Positions 25,594-39,700 of a DNA stretch of 64,000 bases are shown here, piece by piece. Origin of the DNA: Antedon mediterranea (Eukaryota; Animalia; Echinodermata); assembly GCF_964355755.1 (NCBI RefSeq), contig NC_092670.1, forward strand, positions 176,201-240,200, read 5' to 3'. Made by a program: the position numbers and the translations under genes. The first letter of the stretch is position 1; each line of letters opens with the position of its first letter. The notes under the pieces are model-generated. The model ran no database searches. It was not told the DNA's origin and was given only the letters and a program-made list of their open reading frames with translations.

Positions 25594-26782
25594 CTGAAAA
25601 AAGAATAGGCAACAAAATTAAAATTTCCAAGTAAAACCAACATGACAATTTATAGATATAATTATTAAAAACAAATTAGTCATACCAATCAAAACCAATC
25701 TTGAACATGAAACGCACATTTAAATTTTTTAATTCTTATTATCAAAACCAGATATTTTGAACCACAGTGTTGTAGGGGTTGAACCCTGTAAATCAATTTT
25801 TTGCCGATGACAGTGTGAGTTAGGAATAATCATGTCTCTGACACTATTTCTAGTGTGAATTTTTTCTAAATAATTTAATGTCTACTTATTTATATATTTA
25901 TACATTTTTCCTGTTAATTCTAGTGAGCAAAAGAATGATCTATTTGAAACAGATATGTGATATTTTCTATTTTTTTAATGAAACCAAACTCCATTTAATA
26001 TTTGTTGAGTGCGTTACCTAACAGTAACTAATCTCTCACATATCTTCTTAATATCAAAAATGATTTATTCTCTTGTTGAAAGAGCAATGTTTTGCACTAT
26101 TGGCCTTTTACTTTTTGTTGTTCGCCATGAAGATTTTAGCAACAATAAAGAGGAAAGCATAAAAGTTTCTTACAGAAAAACAAAGTATTGTATGATTAAA
26201 AAGTTCAGTTTTGTGATCACTCATAAAACCATAAATTCTTAAATTCCCAGTAGGCTTAATAGAGGATTATATTTCAATTGTTCAATACTGAAATTAATAT
26301 GTACAACTTTTTAGTATCTTGCTATTATAAATTGTCAAAGAACTAGAGTATCCGATTACTGATAACAAATTTACTGTGATCTGCTGTTATCAAATTCTTA
26401 TTTCTTCAATTGTATTACACAGACAATAACTTGTAAAATTAGTAGCAGACAACAAATGTAAATTGCTTTATTTAGTTTGGTTTGTATTTCAATTTACCAG
26501 TTAAAATTCCTTTATTCAATACAATAGAGTGTTGCTGTTTGCAATATTTTGGCATCTCACTATGAAAGTGGTGCCAAGTAAATTGTATTCATATATCTAA
26601 TCGTTTGATTGGTGTGATGTCTATTTATGTTGAAAGGTTCTTTTAGGACCTGTTTCTGCTACCTAAACTGTTTCACAAATATATTGACTGACCCAATTTC
26701 TGCTAAACTTGTGTTCCCAATGAATTGTTTAAATTGATGGTTGGTCGTTGACAAAAAAAAATTACCCAATATGCAATGAGAT

Positions 26783-27266
26783 CAGGTGGTCAAACGATAG
26801 CTGTCAATAAAATTACAGTTATTTTGCGTTGCAGCAGTTGCAATAACCTGTTAAATGACGTTCTAACCGCCCATCATTTGGTGTTTTTAACAGATTTATG
26901 TTCAGGCTGCCATTTAACCGGTTTACTATTTGTCCCATTTCTGCTGAAGAAATTTAGGGAAATTTATTTATTCATATTATTTTTCGCAGCAGAAACAGAC
27001 CCTTGAGAATTTCATCCTGCAACATCTTTACATCCTAGTCTAACATTCCTTGAACTTTACTCCCTAGTTGCTCCTTTGTGTTTATAACATTCTCACCTGA
27101 ATCTAAACATTTAAGAAACACATGTTCATCAATGATTTGTCCTTAAGACACACCTGAGAGAAACACCTGACCAACACCTGCTAATTTAACAATGAGTGGC
27201 CGTGTCATCAACAAAAACATCATGACACTCCACACATGTAATCCTTTATTTGATGTTGTGCAGGTG
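26783..27266. promoter_or_regulatory. Candidate intronic enhancer or silencer: cluster of six CAGGTG/CACCTG E-boxes
   Basis: Sites at 26783, 27094, 27151, 27164, 27175 and 27261, in non-repetitive sequence of the last netrin intron. Confidence 0.4.
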
Positions 27267-27947
27267 ATAATAAGTAAATATCTTCTTTGCCCTGCTAAGT
27301 CATTCGCAAACACGCCATTGAAATGTGTGCGCTTGAAATTCAGTTAACTTTACATAATCGGGTACTCGGACTATGAGCCAATTGTGTTCATACCAAAACC
27401 TTTTTGACACATATAATTTGTTTGATTTTTTATAAACTTAAATAAATTACAATTATGCTTGATCCACAATAAAGGATTATATTTTTATTGGAAATAGGCA
27501 AGATTTCTTATTAGATACCTAAAACCCTTGATTAGAAGTTTTCATTTTATTTCAGTTGCGGTAACCTTTCAGTTACCATAAATAGATATTTTAAAATAAT
27601 TTTCAACCACAAAACATGTGTCTGTCTGAAATAATATTCTTGTGATATTTTATAATTGAATAAGGAAACCATGCAAAATGATAAGTTGTATTTGATATAA
27701 ATATAACACATTTATATTGGCCTATATGTATGCACCAGAACTACAGTAAGATACATAAAGATGTGTTATATGTTGGGATAGCAACTTATGGCCAACAATT
27801 CAAGGTTTTAACAATATTTCTAAACATGTTTTCTTCATTTTCTTCCACGAAAACAACAATTTAACAAAATAACTAAAGGCAAATAAACTAATATAATAAA
27901 GAGAGAAGACACCAATTGTCAAGATCCTTTGATTGTTCCTTTTGTTT

Positions 27948-28157
27948 TGTTTCAGTTAATTGGGCAATATCTTTCAGTTAATGTTCCTATTGTTTCAGTT
28001 AATTGGGCAATATCTTCCAGTTAATGTTCCTATTGTTTAAGTTAATTGGGCAATATTTTTCAGTTAATGTTCCTATTGTTTCAGTTAATTGGGCAATATC
28101 TTCCAGGTAATGTTCCTATTGTTTCAGTTAATTGGACAATATCTTTCAGTTAATTGG
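27948..28157. repeat. 43-bp tandem repeat, about 5 copies
   Basis: Unit tgtttcagttaattgggcaatatctttcagttaatgttcctat. Confidence 0.9.
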
Positions 28158-28382
28158 ATCCTTTAGATTTAAACAAGCCTTAATGCTACAAATAGTTTTA
28201 TTATCTGACAATCGACATTTCAATTGGAAATTATTTATCTTCAAATTATCTTTATCAATGATTGTACTAAATTTAATTATGTTTAGTATTATGTTTAATA
28301 GTATCAATACTTTTTTAATATAAAATTCTTTGTTATTGAATTATTTAATTATCTACTAAAGTATTCACAAACTGTTACTTAC

Positions 28383-28451
28383 CAAAATCTTTCTTACAAT
28401 ATTTCCTTTGTGTGATAGTTTTGCTGGATTCTCTACAGTTGGGACATGGGC
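28383..28451 (-). CDS. NTN1: Netrin exon, start of the NTR/C345C domain
   Basis: Acceptor tttctttttcag and donor gtaagt bound 69 bp: (G)PCPNCRESSKTITQRKYCKKDF, containing the netrin KYCKKD[YF] motif. Confidence 0.93.
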
Positions 28452-31400
28452 CTGAAAAAGAAAAATATTTTACTTGAAATATAGCGTATATAAAATAGCC
28501 TTGTTGATGTTTTAGTGTTTTCCAAAAGCTTGCGCTTCTTTCTGTCTGTTTTACTTTTTATAGCTTTATACTTATTTGAATTCTCTATTGATATCCAGTC
28601 ACTGATATTCACAGAATACTTTTTTTTTCAGTAGTTTACTTTTGGAAATATAATTATCAAATTTAAATATATTTCATAGACGTTGATTGATTAACACATT
28701 GTGATAATAAGTTAAATATTCACATTTAATTGAACTTGAATTCACCTTCAGGTCATTTCATATAGCTCTTGTTAAAGTAAGTATCTATACATGTTCATAA
28801 GATTATCTGAAGGTGGTGGCCAGCCTTGCCCTTCTAAAGCATCTTACTTATTGATTGTATCTCCTAGCAGGGAGTAAATTTAAGTTTAAGCTTTGTGGAA
28901 TTTGGCCTCAAATTCTCATGTTTTATCTACATATCAATATTATAAAATCCTTGCTACCATATTTGCTAAACTGTACTAACATTTTGTGAATGAAAATTCT
29001 CAACATACAGTATTGTTTGTTTTAGCAGTATTTTCTTTTTCAAAAAATTATTATTTGCATTCAAAAAACCTATTTTTTTTTTTTTATTAACAAAATATCT
29101 TAAAATTAGTTCAAATTGTTTCTGTCTGACAGACCCTTAGATACTCAGGCCTATATCTAAATATTAGTTCAAATTGTTTCTTTCTGACAGACCCTATAAG
29201 ATCGTTAGAAAGTAGTTCTTAATTTTTCCTATGCCTTATAAGTACAAATAAAGAAAGATACAACTGCGGCCAGACATCTTCTTGGGCCAATACTGTCTTA
29301 TATCAGTGCTCTAACTAAGCCGTGTAACTGCGGCCAGACATCTCCTTGTATTAAATCTGATTGTGAATTCCTTAATTGAATATGACGGCCTAATTAACAC
29401 CTGTAATGACTCTGTAGTTTTCATCAGGATGTATTTTTAAATGCATATTGAAGATTTTATCTTCTCAAAAGATGAGTAATGGTGGGAAAACTTGAAAAAC
29501 ATACTGAACATTCATTCAATATAAATAATTAAGCTTCTCTGTTAAAAATAACTGTTTTCCGTGTATCTTGTTTGGATTCTCAGTTAATGACATAAGCCAT
29601 TTAATTTTTAAAAAGAGTATAGGAATGGCTTAAAAGTCCCTTTCAGAGACTGAGAGATTAATAGTTGTACACAGAATGTATTGTAATTATTCTATGTGTT
29701 CTTTCCATTTCTTTCCCAATTTTTCTTCCATTAAAATGATATACTGTTGTAGTAATGTATGTCACGATAATTATCCAAACACACCAACATGTTGTACAAC
29801 AAGTTGTATGAATCTGTCGTTGTCGTTGGTTAGATGACAGTAGACACAAGTAACAGAAGGCAGTCAGTGTTAATGAGCACTTCCTGAATGAGTATCATGA
29901 AGACTTACAATTGACATAACAAGGTGGATACTTTGACGCCTTTGGGAGTGTTTACAGAGTCTACCACCATTTAAACACAGTATTGTTTCTACTATAGAAA
30001 CATTTAACAGCACAACGTTGTTAAAGCTGTTCTTTTTGTCATGCCAAATACTTGGAGAATCACATTTAAAGGTCAATAGCCTATTTAAGAGTGGTTTAGA
30101 TATTCAGTTTGGCACAGAAGTATTTCAGTTTTGATTTTGTTTAAATTGAAATAGTTTGATCTTTTGTTGAAGACCAAAGGCCTAAGGCACTTCTTATAAA
30201 TGGTTAAGAAATCCTTTATAATCAAGTAAACAGTAATATATTAGAAAGTAGTCTTAGAAATGTTCATTCAGAAACAATAGAAACTATTTGTCTCTATTCA
30301 TCCCCTTCTTAATTCAACTGTTTTATACACACTATTTTTTCATTCATTCATCATACTTGTATATATGTTTGCTGTAGGAAATTCTAATCGGCTAGTCTGC
30401 CAACAATTTATACCATAACTAGGCCACAGCTTTCCTTGTAATGAGAAGTCATTGGTAGGAACATTCCATCTTTAATCTTTACTGACCCATGCCGCATGGC
30501 ACAGCATTTTAATCGCTTCAACAACGGTAAACTAAATGAACAATGTACATGATTAACATTATCATTTATAATACAGTGCATTTCATTAACATTTCTGTTT
30601 TACTATGAACACACAGTATGAATGTACAGTATTTAAGTCTGGCAGTATGTACAAATAAATATACAAAATAGAAAAGTTGAGGAAAATGACCTACTATTTG
30701 TAACTGTTCCATCTGTTGTCAAAGTGATATATGGTTTATTTATATATTGCAAAAGTGTTTTGATCTCTTCCTTTTCAAACTCAACCTCATTCTCATAATT
30801 ATGTTTTTATTTTCAACAATAATCTAGTCTGTTTATCAATGTGTTGAAGGGTATTGCACAGATAAAAGGTAATTGCTCTACCTATTTAGCAAACATGTGA
30901 CATTGTATGATAGGCAAACAGGCACACACAGACCTCTTAATTATACAGGTGTAGCTGATTTTAATAGAACCATGCTCATTTCTCCATGTACATTAGACCT
31001 AGTTTTGCCTGGTGTGGCCTCAATATTTAAGAAGGCCTCTTTAGCAATCATCTTGTTCCATTACACAGCAATTTCATATCACACATATTTTCCTTTCTTT
31101 GACTAGTGGTAAAGTATTATTTTTAATATTTTACCTTGGATTTTAATTGAATATATTTTTGTAATATTTTACACACAATATCTTTTCTAACTTTGTATTA
31201 TACATTTTCAAACTGTACCCTCAATTGTGTTCCATACCATCCGCATACCTTACAAGTTCAGAACAACAAATAAACACCATCCCATCAGAATTACCCAGCA
31301 ATACATAAATCGAGTAATTTAATTTTATTATCAATAATGACATAAATTAGCCAACTACTTGTGTGGTGACAACATTTACTTTCTTTAAATGACACGCTCT

Positions 31401-31702
31401 GTTGATCACAAACGTCTCTTAAATTCTTTTGTTTATTTGCAATCAGGGAAATCCTTACATCACAAAATAAAGCCTACATATTTTATTTGCTATCATTTAT
31501 CAAGATGTACAGTGCTAGTGAGGTGAAAGTTCAATAGTTTTTTATATTTAGAAGATTTATTAAATCTGTTCACCTATGTGTTATAATGTATAAAGTTTCC
31601 TCTCCTAATGAATGGCACATCATCACATGTTCCTGTAGTTCCTATTGTATTAATGCTGCACATCCAGTAATATCAGCCTAAGGTTCTCTGACATTTATTT
31701 TA

Positions 31703-32036
31703 CAATGTTTGATAGCCCAATGTTTGCTAGCCCAATGTTTGATAGGCCAATGTTTGCTAGCCCAATGTTTGATAGGCCAATGTTTGCTAGCCCAATGTTT
31801 GCTAGCCCAATGTTTGATAGGCCAATGTTTGCTAGCCCAATGTTTGAAAGGCCAATGTTTGCTAGCCCAATGTTTGATAGCCCAATGTTTGAAAGGCCAA
31901 TGTTTGCTAGCCCAATGTTTGCTAGCCCAATGTTTGCTAGGCCAATGTTTGCTAGCCCAATGTTTGATAGCCCAATGTTTGCTAGCCCAATCTTTGATAG
32001 GCCAATGTTTGATAGCCCAATGTTTGCTAGCCCAAT
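31703..32036. repeat. 15-bp minisatellite, about 22 copies
   Basis: Unit caatgtttg(c/a)tag(c/g)c. It produces four spurious repetitive ORFs. Confidence 0.96.
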
Positions 32037-33656
32037 CACAAACGTCTCTTTGATTGCCCAATGTTTCACTTGATGAGTTATTACCATCCCTTTGCTTGAG
32101 TTTTGTGCTTTACTAAACAACTTAATTAAACCAATTGATATAAATTTTGATTTATGACCCCATTCAGTCTTTTTTGTCTCCCAGTGGACCAGTAGTAACA
32201 TTTAACTGGGATAATAAGTATAATTACCTCCAACTTCCTTGCTGGAGAAGTATTTGGCAAAGGAATGGATGTGTTACTCTTTTTAGTCTAGCTTTAATCC
32301 ACATTGGGGTTCAGATTTTAACCCTAGAAATATAATATATTTATACTATGTTTTTTTTTCACATTACCTATTTTTATTTTAATAATCACTGAGGCAAAAA
32401 TTCTTTCCGCCAGCAAAACTGTCTTCAAACGAAATGCTTTTGATAATAATTAACTTGAATAGAATATAGAATTTGTTTTTTGATTTTTGATGTTCTCAAA
32501 CTTTGGTAAAGACATAGGTGTAAGTTGATATCTCTTACTCGATACAACGCTGTCAAATAAACTTCTTAAAGGTATTCTCACATTGACAAGCTTTTTACAT
32601 TTGCATACCTTCAGTTATGTCGGAAAACAAGGATCTGTCAGTAGTTAGCTTTTAAAATCTAGTTGTTTATGTACATGTAAGTATTGAAGAACTTGTTTCT
32701 AATAGATGCTCTGTTATGGGAGCACTTCAAGAACACAGTGGATGACATGTATAAAGATATAATTCCTCTGAAGCTTATTTTATCTATTATAATTAATTTA
32801 AATTTCAACCAACCTAATTATTACCAATAAAATCCAAAATAAATGGTGAACTACAGGCGCAGATTAAAATTTAACAGCCATGTCTTTTTAAAATAAAACA
32901 ATGAATATTTTTATTTTGTTGCAACCCAACGGATCGTTTTTATCATTTATGAAATATTTAGCCCCACTAATCTATAACGCTAGATCCGCTCCTGGACTAG
33001 CAGTATTAATAACATTTCTTATTGCTCCTAAAATTATTTTTTCTAGTAAGAAATTGAACAAAGTGGTTTATTAATTATGTTTAGACAGTAATGTTCATTA
33101 CCCTAACCCTAACCCTAACCCCCAGGCCTTTCCACTAATCGAGGCTATTTTAAAATCCTGTTTTTATTGTAAATATTATCACAGCCAAAGTCAATACCTG
33201 TTAAATTCAGAAACTTACCAAAATATATGTGATGTTTTTTTAACTCATTTAAATAATCTTTGGAATGATTTTAATTGTACATCTGGTCCTTGGATACAGT
33301 TTAATTTCTAAAATGGTCTTGGTTCTTTAGACAATGATTTTTGTCTCGTTTTTAATTTGTATAGACTACTATTTGGGTTACTTATTAATAAAACGGTTCA
33401 CATAATTCATATTACAGGTACAGTATGTCTCAATCATTAGCAACCATGTTGGTAGTAGACCCTTGTAATACTCATTTTTCATTTTTTAATGTTAATCTTC
33501 TAATTTATTTAATAATAACTGTTTTTGACCTTTTTTGTAAAATGTAAAAATACCTTGAATTTAACATTGAAGTATGAAAAAGGCATCATACTGATTATAA
33601 CAACATTACTGAAATTGTAATGGATAGCTGTGTAAATAGTTGTTTGTTTTTCTTAC

Positions 33657-33713
33657 CTCCAGTGCCTTCCGTTTCTGGTGGAGTTATTCTTTCAATTGGT
33701 GGAGTAACTGGTT
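33657..33713 (-). CDS. NTN1: Netrin micro-exon, Pro/Thr-rich linker between LE3 and NTR
   Basis: Acceptor ttttactttaatag and donor gtaaga bound 57 bp, phase 1-1: (K)PVTPPIERITPPETEGTG. It joins both neighbours in frame and matches the KIPVAPP... linker exon of vertebrate netrin-1. Confidence 0.85.
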
Positions 33714-35064
33714 CTATTAAAGTAAAAATATTAAGTTTTGTCCTTAATAGCAATCATAGAAACTTTCTTAGTATTTTTAATTTAAGAAGAAAAATTGATT
33801 TACTGAATATATGTCACAAGTTAAATTAGCATGTTCCTTAAACTCTCATAATAAATTACAAATTACTTATTTAATGAATCAAATACAAATAATTTAGTAT
33901 TTAATAAACAAACCCATGATGGATTTAATATTAATTGTCCACTGTATCATACTAACATCCTTTCAGCGGTTGTATGATGATACACAAGATTATATTCAAA
34001 GACTATATTGTCTATTTATTTCATTTTGTTTACTTATGGATTTAGAGTATCTTCTTAAAATCTACTTAGTGAATTATTCCTGTCTGCCAACAGCTAAGGA
34101 ATGTTGTTTATAGTAAACATGTTTTTGTTGTCATTATTATATCAATTTTTCTAAATGAATTTCGTCAGAACAGGATATGTGTTGTCTATCCTACACCACT
34201 GAATGAATTTGAACAATATCTTACAGTTTATTTTTAATGTAATTTTATAATATTAGAATACAATTCTGTGAAGACATGCAAAATCTACATACAAACAATA
34301 AAACCGTCCATAACGTGACGCTTTCTTCCATTAATAAATAATGAAAATGTGATAATGATGATAATGATTTTTTCTAAATCTATATTATGATGCATGCATC
34401 AAAATCTAAGTTGGTTGATTAACACACAATGTGTTTCATAGAAAACATTTTAAAGTAACGTTTGCAGAATTTAGATAAGTATCAATGGTTAGCATGGCTT
34501 ATACCTTTATTTTATTCCTTAAAAAACACTTTCATGCATATTATAAACAAACTTTGGTTTCTAGGTAACACACAACAAATTGTTTATATTTTGAATACAA
34601 TTACTATATTACTAAACTGATTATGTTGTTGATGTTAAGTATTTGGGTTTATAATAATGATTATTATTAGAGGGTTAAAATACACACAATTAATCATATT
34701 TGTCAAATTATTACCTAATGTTCCTTTTTGGGATCAAAGTTGAATCAAGATGAAAATAAATGAAAATAAAACAGGAAACAAGTTCAAACATTATTGGAAA
34801 TGAATTAAATGAATCGAAAAAATTTATTTTAATGTCAGTTTTAAAACATTAATAATTGACATCATCGTCTAGCGGTTTAATGTACACGGAAATATAACGA
34901 CTAGAATTCATTGAGCAAAATACTGGCAGGCCTACAGGTATTGTATATTATACATAAACCACAGAACTACTTCAGTAATTCAGTAGTTCTACTGCAGTAA
35001 CGTCTATAATGCAAATCGTATATTTATTAAAATAGAATTACCACATAGCAAATTAAGTACTTAC

Positions 35065-35214
35065 TTATACATGGTGCAATTGGTGAATTACTCTGATGGT
35101 ATCCCTTCTTACAACGATTACAAGTTAGACCGGTCACTCCATCCTTACACGGACATTGACCTGTTGTCTGGTTGCAGATTTCACCAGATGATCCGACTGG
35201 GTGACAATCACAGG
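35065..35214 (-). CDS. NTN1: Netrin exon encoding laminin-EGF domain 3 (V-3)
   Basis: Acceptor ttgtttcttgtag and donor gtaagt bound 150 bp: (A)[49 protein letters not shown]. Confidence 0.97.
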
Positions 35215-36094
35215 CTACAAGAAACAAAACAAAATTGAAATCAATAATTTTAAAACAATGTGTCATATCAAGCATTCAATATATTATTTCCAATTAACAT
35301 TTCAACTTTAAACTTTTTACTATAGATACACATTCACACAACATCTTTAGTTTGATATGAAATTGTATTGTTTTTTTATTATGTTTATTATAATATTTGG
35401 AGTTTAAAAAAACTTTACATACATACGGTCAGTACCGGTATCTATTAAATTGACTTTTTATTTTACTATAAATTCAACAGGAATTGTATCATAAGTTTTC
35501 CATTTAAAATAATTCTGTAATACAAAGCAATCTCTTAAAAACATGCTAATGAATTCATCCTCTTGTGAAGCACTTGTAGGAACATAATTATGTCCATCAT
35601 AAAGAGCACATATGCGTTATACTTAGTCAATTAATAACATAAGTTTAGAAATAATGAAACATATTTGGTAGGCAACTACTTCAGAAGTAAACATGTCATA
35701 TGGTGAGCTTTGTTACCAAACTGGCATATGGTTTACCACTCTTGTTATTGAACACATTAAATAAGTATGTTTATTATGTTCATGTATGTTCACAATGTTT
35801 ATTTAATATAATTTGATAATTCTTGAAACTATGCTCAAGCCCTAAAACATTACTTATTTATTATCCTTTATTAATTAATGTAATAATGTTATATCTTGCT
35901 AAAGATGTATATTAAGCTTCTATCAGTCTTACTAATAATTCATGATTTTCTTTTGATGAATTTGGTTCCCCTGAAAAATAACTCTTTTGTTGAATGCCAT
36001 TTTAATATCACATAATAGTTATCCACTTTGACCAAAATTTGGATCTAAACAGAATTTATTTACCTGAAAAAATGTAAATCAAACAATTATCAAA

Positions 36095-36378
36095 TTAGCT
36101 GGATTTTAGGTTGAATTTAACCATTTAATTGAATTTAACCATTTATTATGTTATTTTAAAAGTGAAAACATTAATTTTTTAGCTGGATTTTGGGTTGAAT
36201 TTAACCATTTATTATGTTATTTTAAAAGTGAAAACATTAATTTTTTAGCTGGATTTTGGGTTGAATTTAACCATTTATTATGTTATTTTAAAAGTGAAAA
36301 CATTCATTTTTTAGGTGTATTTTGGGTTGAATTTAACCATTTATTATGTTATTTTAAAAGTGAAAACATTCATTTTTT
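36095..36378. repeat. 66-bp tandem repeat, about 4 copies
   Basis: Unit agctggattttgggttgaatttaaccatttattatgttattttaaaagtgaaaacattaatttttt. Confidence 0.9.
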
Positions 36379-36827
36379 CCATTTTATTTTTAATGGAAGT
36401 GATTAACTTGATTAAAACTACAAAAAAACCGATTCAAAGTTTGATTTAATTAATCTTCATTTTCCGTGTTTTTGGAGGACAATACATCTTTAAAGATACA
36501 GTAAATCATTTGTTGAAATCATCCATTTCATTGTATTATCCATCCATTGCAGTTCAGCAATCGTTCATTCATTCTGAAAGTTTTCAATCATCCATTTAAT
36601 AAAATTATTCAGTCATGCATGTATTCATTATTTGGTTCATTCTCTCAATCAATCATTAATCTATTCATTCATAAAGTTACTTTATTCTCAATTATCCAAA
36701 TCACTGTCAATTTACAAATCAATCATTAATTAAATTGTCTGACTGGTTCCACACAGTGAATGAACCCCATGACCTCCCAAAAACAAGACTACACTGACCC
36801 AGAATTTGGCAACTCCTCTCTCTTCCA

Positions 36828-36928
36828 CCCCATTCCTTGTTATCTTCCTCCCCCCCCCCCCCCCATTCCTTGTTATCTTACACCCCATTCCTTGTTATCT
36901 TACACCCCATTCCTTGTTATCTTCCCCC
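36828..36928. repeat. About 22-bp tandem repeat x4 with a poly-C run
   Basis: Unit ccccattccttgttatcttaca. Confidence 0.8.
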
Positions 36929-37145
36929 TTTCTCTCACTTTGTATTTCCTCTTTCTGTCCCCTCTAGCGTTTTTACAGTCTAAGAACCTTCTATTTTTAT
37001 ATTTGTCTCAAGTTGATTTGAAATAGAATTTCATTTTTTTTTTAATTGTTTTGACGGGTGATTTTAACCGTTGTAATTTAGCACTAACCAGTGGCATACT
37101 TTGTAATAAGTTTGAATACAAAAGAATCTCTTTTTGTGAAAGTTC

Positions 37146-37582
37146 CCATAGTCAACACAGTTTTACAGTGATATTCTATACAGATTTTAGTTTATCTCAA
37201 ACTTTCCTAACAATTTGTGTGTCTCCTCTTATATTCGTTGAGCAATGCATCACTCCATAGTCAACACAGTTTTACAGTGATATTCTATACAGATTTTAGT
37301 TTATCTCAAACTTTCCTAACAATGTGTGTGTCTCCTCTTATATTCGTTGAGCAATGCATCACTCCATAGTCAACACTGTTTTACAGTGATATTCTATACA
37401 GATTTTAGTTTATCTCAAACTTTCCTAACAATGTGTGTGTCTTCTCTTATATTCGTTGAGCAATGCATCACTCCATAGTCAACACTGTTTTACAGTGATA
37501 TTCTATACAGATTTTAGTTTATCTCAAACTTTCCTAACAATTTGTGTGTCTTCTCTTATATTCGTTGAGCAATGCATCACTC
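37146..37582. repeat. 109-bp tandem repeat x4
   Basis: Unit from ccatagtcaacacagttttacagtgatattc to gagcaatgcatcact. Confidence 0.95.
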
Positions 37583-39700
37583 GTTCAATTTGAACTCTCA
37601 ATTTTTCTGAAGTTAAGAATGCTAACTCGTTATGATTCTCATTAATTAGCGCATCAATCATTCATCACAACGTAATAAAAGTGTTTCTATCTATGGATGC
37701 AAATTACCATGACGATGTAATAATACGCATAATTACCATGTTTAAGAGAACAGTATATAGATTGAAAGTGACAATGATGTAACTTATATCAAAAACACAA
37801 TTTAAACTTTCCTCATGAAGTTGACATCACTGGATAGAAAAGAAATTGTAGAGTTTTGATTCCTATTTGTTTTGACTTTAGTAGGTTACACATTTTGTTT
37901 TCCTTTTGTGAAAAAGTTAAAGCTACGATAAAACTATACTATACTGTACTGATGAAACTAAATTAGGATTTTTATTTTGAATAAAGATTGCATAACAGTA
38001 TACCTCTCCTGTAAGACTAGAGATCTATTTTGTTACTTTAATGCAATAAATTAGAGTAAATTATTCAAACTTAAGTAAATGTTCAAATATCTGAAAAGTG
38101 CACAAATTAGAAACATTGTTTAAAGCGATTTTGATTTTCTAGTAGTAATTTTTACAGTCAGATTAACTTGCTGTAATGCCGGTGTCAGTGTCCCAATAAG
38201 TGTTCACGTGTCTTGCATCATATTCCATTACTTTTTGTATCATTAATGTTAAGTTAAATGTAAAGAAATCTCATTTTTGTGCTCTACTTCACATAACACC
38301 TGTAAATTATCTAGGTCTTTATGACTGCTGAAACAGATAAACAAACTTTTATTTAGAGGCCTACATCTAAAGTGCATGGTGTATATAGTACTTTGTCTTT
38401 TAAGATGAATTTGAACTGATATAAATACTGAGAGAAACCAACTGTGTGCACTTTAATTGGGAAGAACATCTCTGGAGTCTGATTTGAAACTTCATCAAGA
38501 GAGAAATTGTTAATCTAGTTTAGCACTCAATTTTACAATGAAAAAAAAAATCATTGTCAATGTCTTTATATTTTTGTTGACCACCAAGAGGCATGTTGAG
38601 ACATTAATTGTTAGGTATCCACACTGAACATTAAACTCACAGAGGTATTGTGAGACAATGCTGTCCTTTAGCCTAAACTACTAGAGGCTAACTAATAGCA
38701 AACTTGAATACATATTTCATCATACATGTTACAATATGCTTCCCTTCCCACATGCCACTAGGGAAATTTAAAATCATAATACACTATTTCTCTTCCAGTG
38801 AAAACATCCGAATTTCATTTCATTCATAAAACACTAACATATCTTAGACTTGAACTAATCAGATTATTAGTAATAACAGATTTTTGAACACAAAATTAAT
38901 GCAATCGTAACAACAGAAATTAGCTGACAAGTAGAGCAACCTATTTCAGAATGCTTTTCCATTCTATAGTCTCAAGAGCAACAGAAACTGACCTCGTTAT
39001 TTTCTGCTTTTGTATCATTTCAAGCCGCCTCACAGTTTACTTGTTTTCCTTTTAAACTGTTTGAATAATAACAACTAATGTATGTTCTAAAGTTGTACTG
39101 TACATTTTTACTTTTAAAAAAGTACATATTTTTTTTAAGTTATTTTTCTAAAACAAGGTCTTATTGTCTTTGTATGCTTTAATGTGCAATCAATACAAAA
39201 TAAGCCTCATCAATTCTTTATAAAGTACATATTTAAGACGTTTTAGGTCAACACCCATTTTATTTGTTCCAACAATTTCACTTTTTGTGTCTGAATGACT
39301 CTTTTGACTCTCTTTGTAATATTATTGCCTACTTAAAATTTAAATCTCTTTTTGATTCTGAGTTTTTAATCCAATTTCACCCATAGGCATCTTGTTTAGC
39401 TTGCGCTTGATTTGTCAGCCATAATTGTAACCAATGGACAAGAAAAATCAGAATTCTATGTTTTCCACGCTCACACGCTTAACTTTTTGGGTTACATGTA
39501 GGATTTAATTGTGTAGAAATACACAGTAAAAAATTACTTAAATGATTATTAAATGGATTCATGAGTCCTACTATGTGTCTAACTCTAATCTATGATTCAA
39601 TGAAAAAGCATTTCAAACATTTATGAATAGGTAGATATTATCTATTAATAATAATGTATGATAATAAATTTGGTTTATCTTGGTATGTAACCTATTGGTA

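Noticed and set aside
31678-32201. Four overlapping ORFs with pentapeptide repeats (IGLAN, MFASP, HWASK, CLLAQ)
   Set aside because: They are translations of a 15-bp minisatellite that happens to lack stops, inside a netrin intron.
32855-32994. Possible old hAT MITE (caggcgcagat ... atccgctcctg)
   Set aside because: The TIRs are too degenerate and there is no convincing TSD.
33099-33121. Telomere-like (CCCTAA)3, with similar short runs near 48478, 50365 and 60421
   Set aside because: Two to three units is too short for a fusion site or telomere. Such runs are common in repeat relics.
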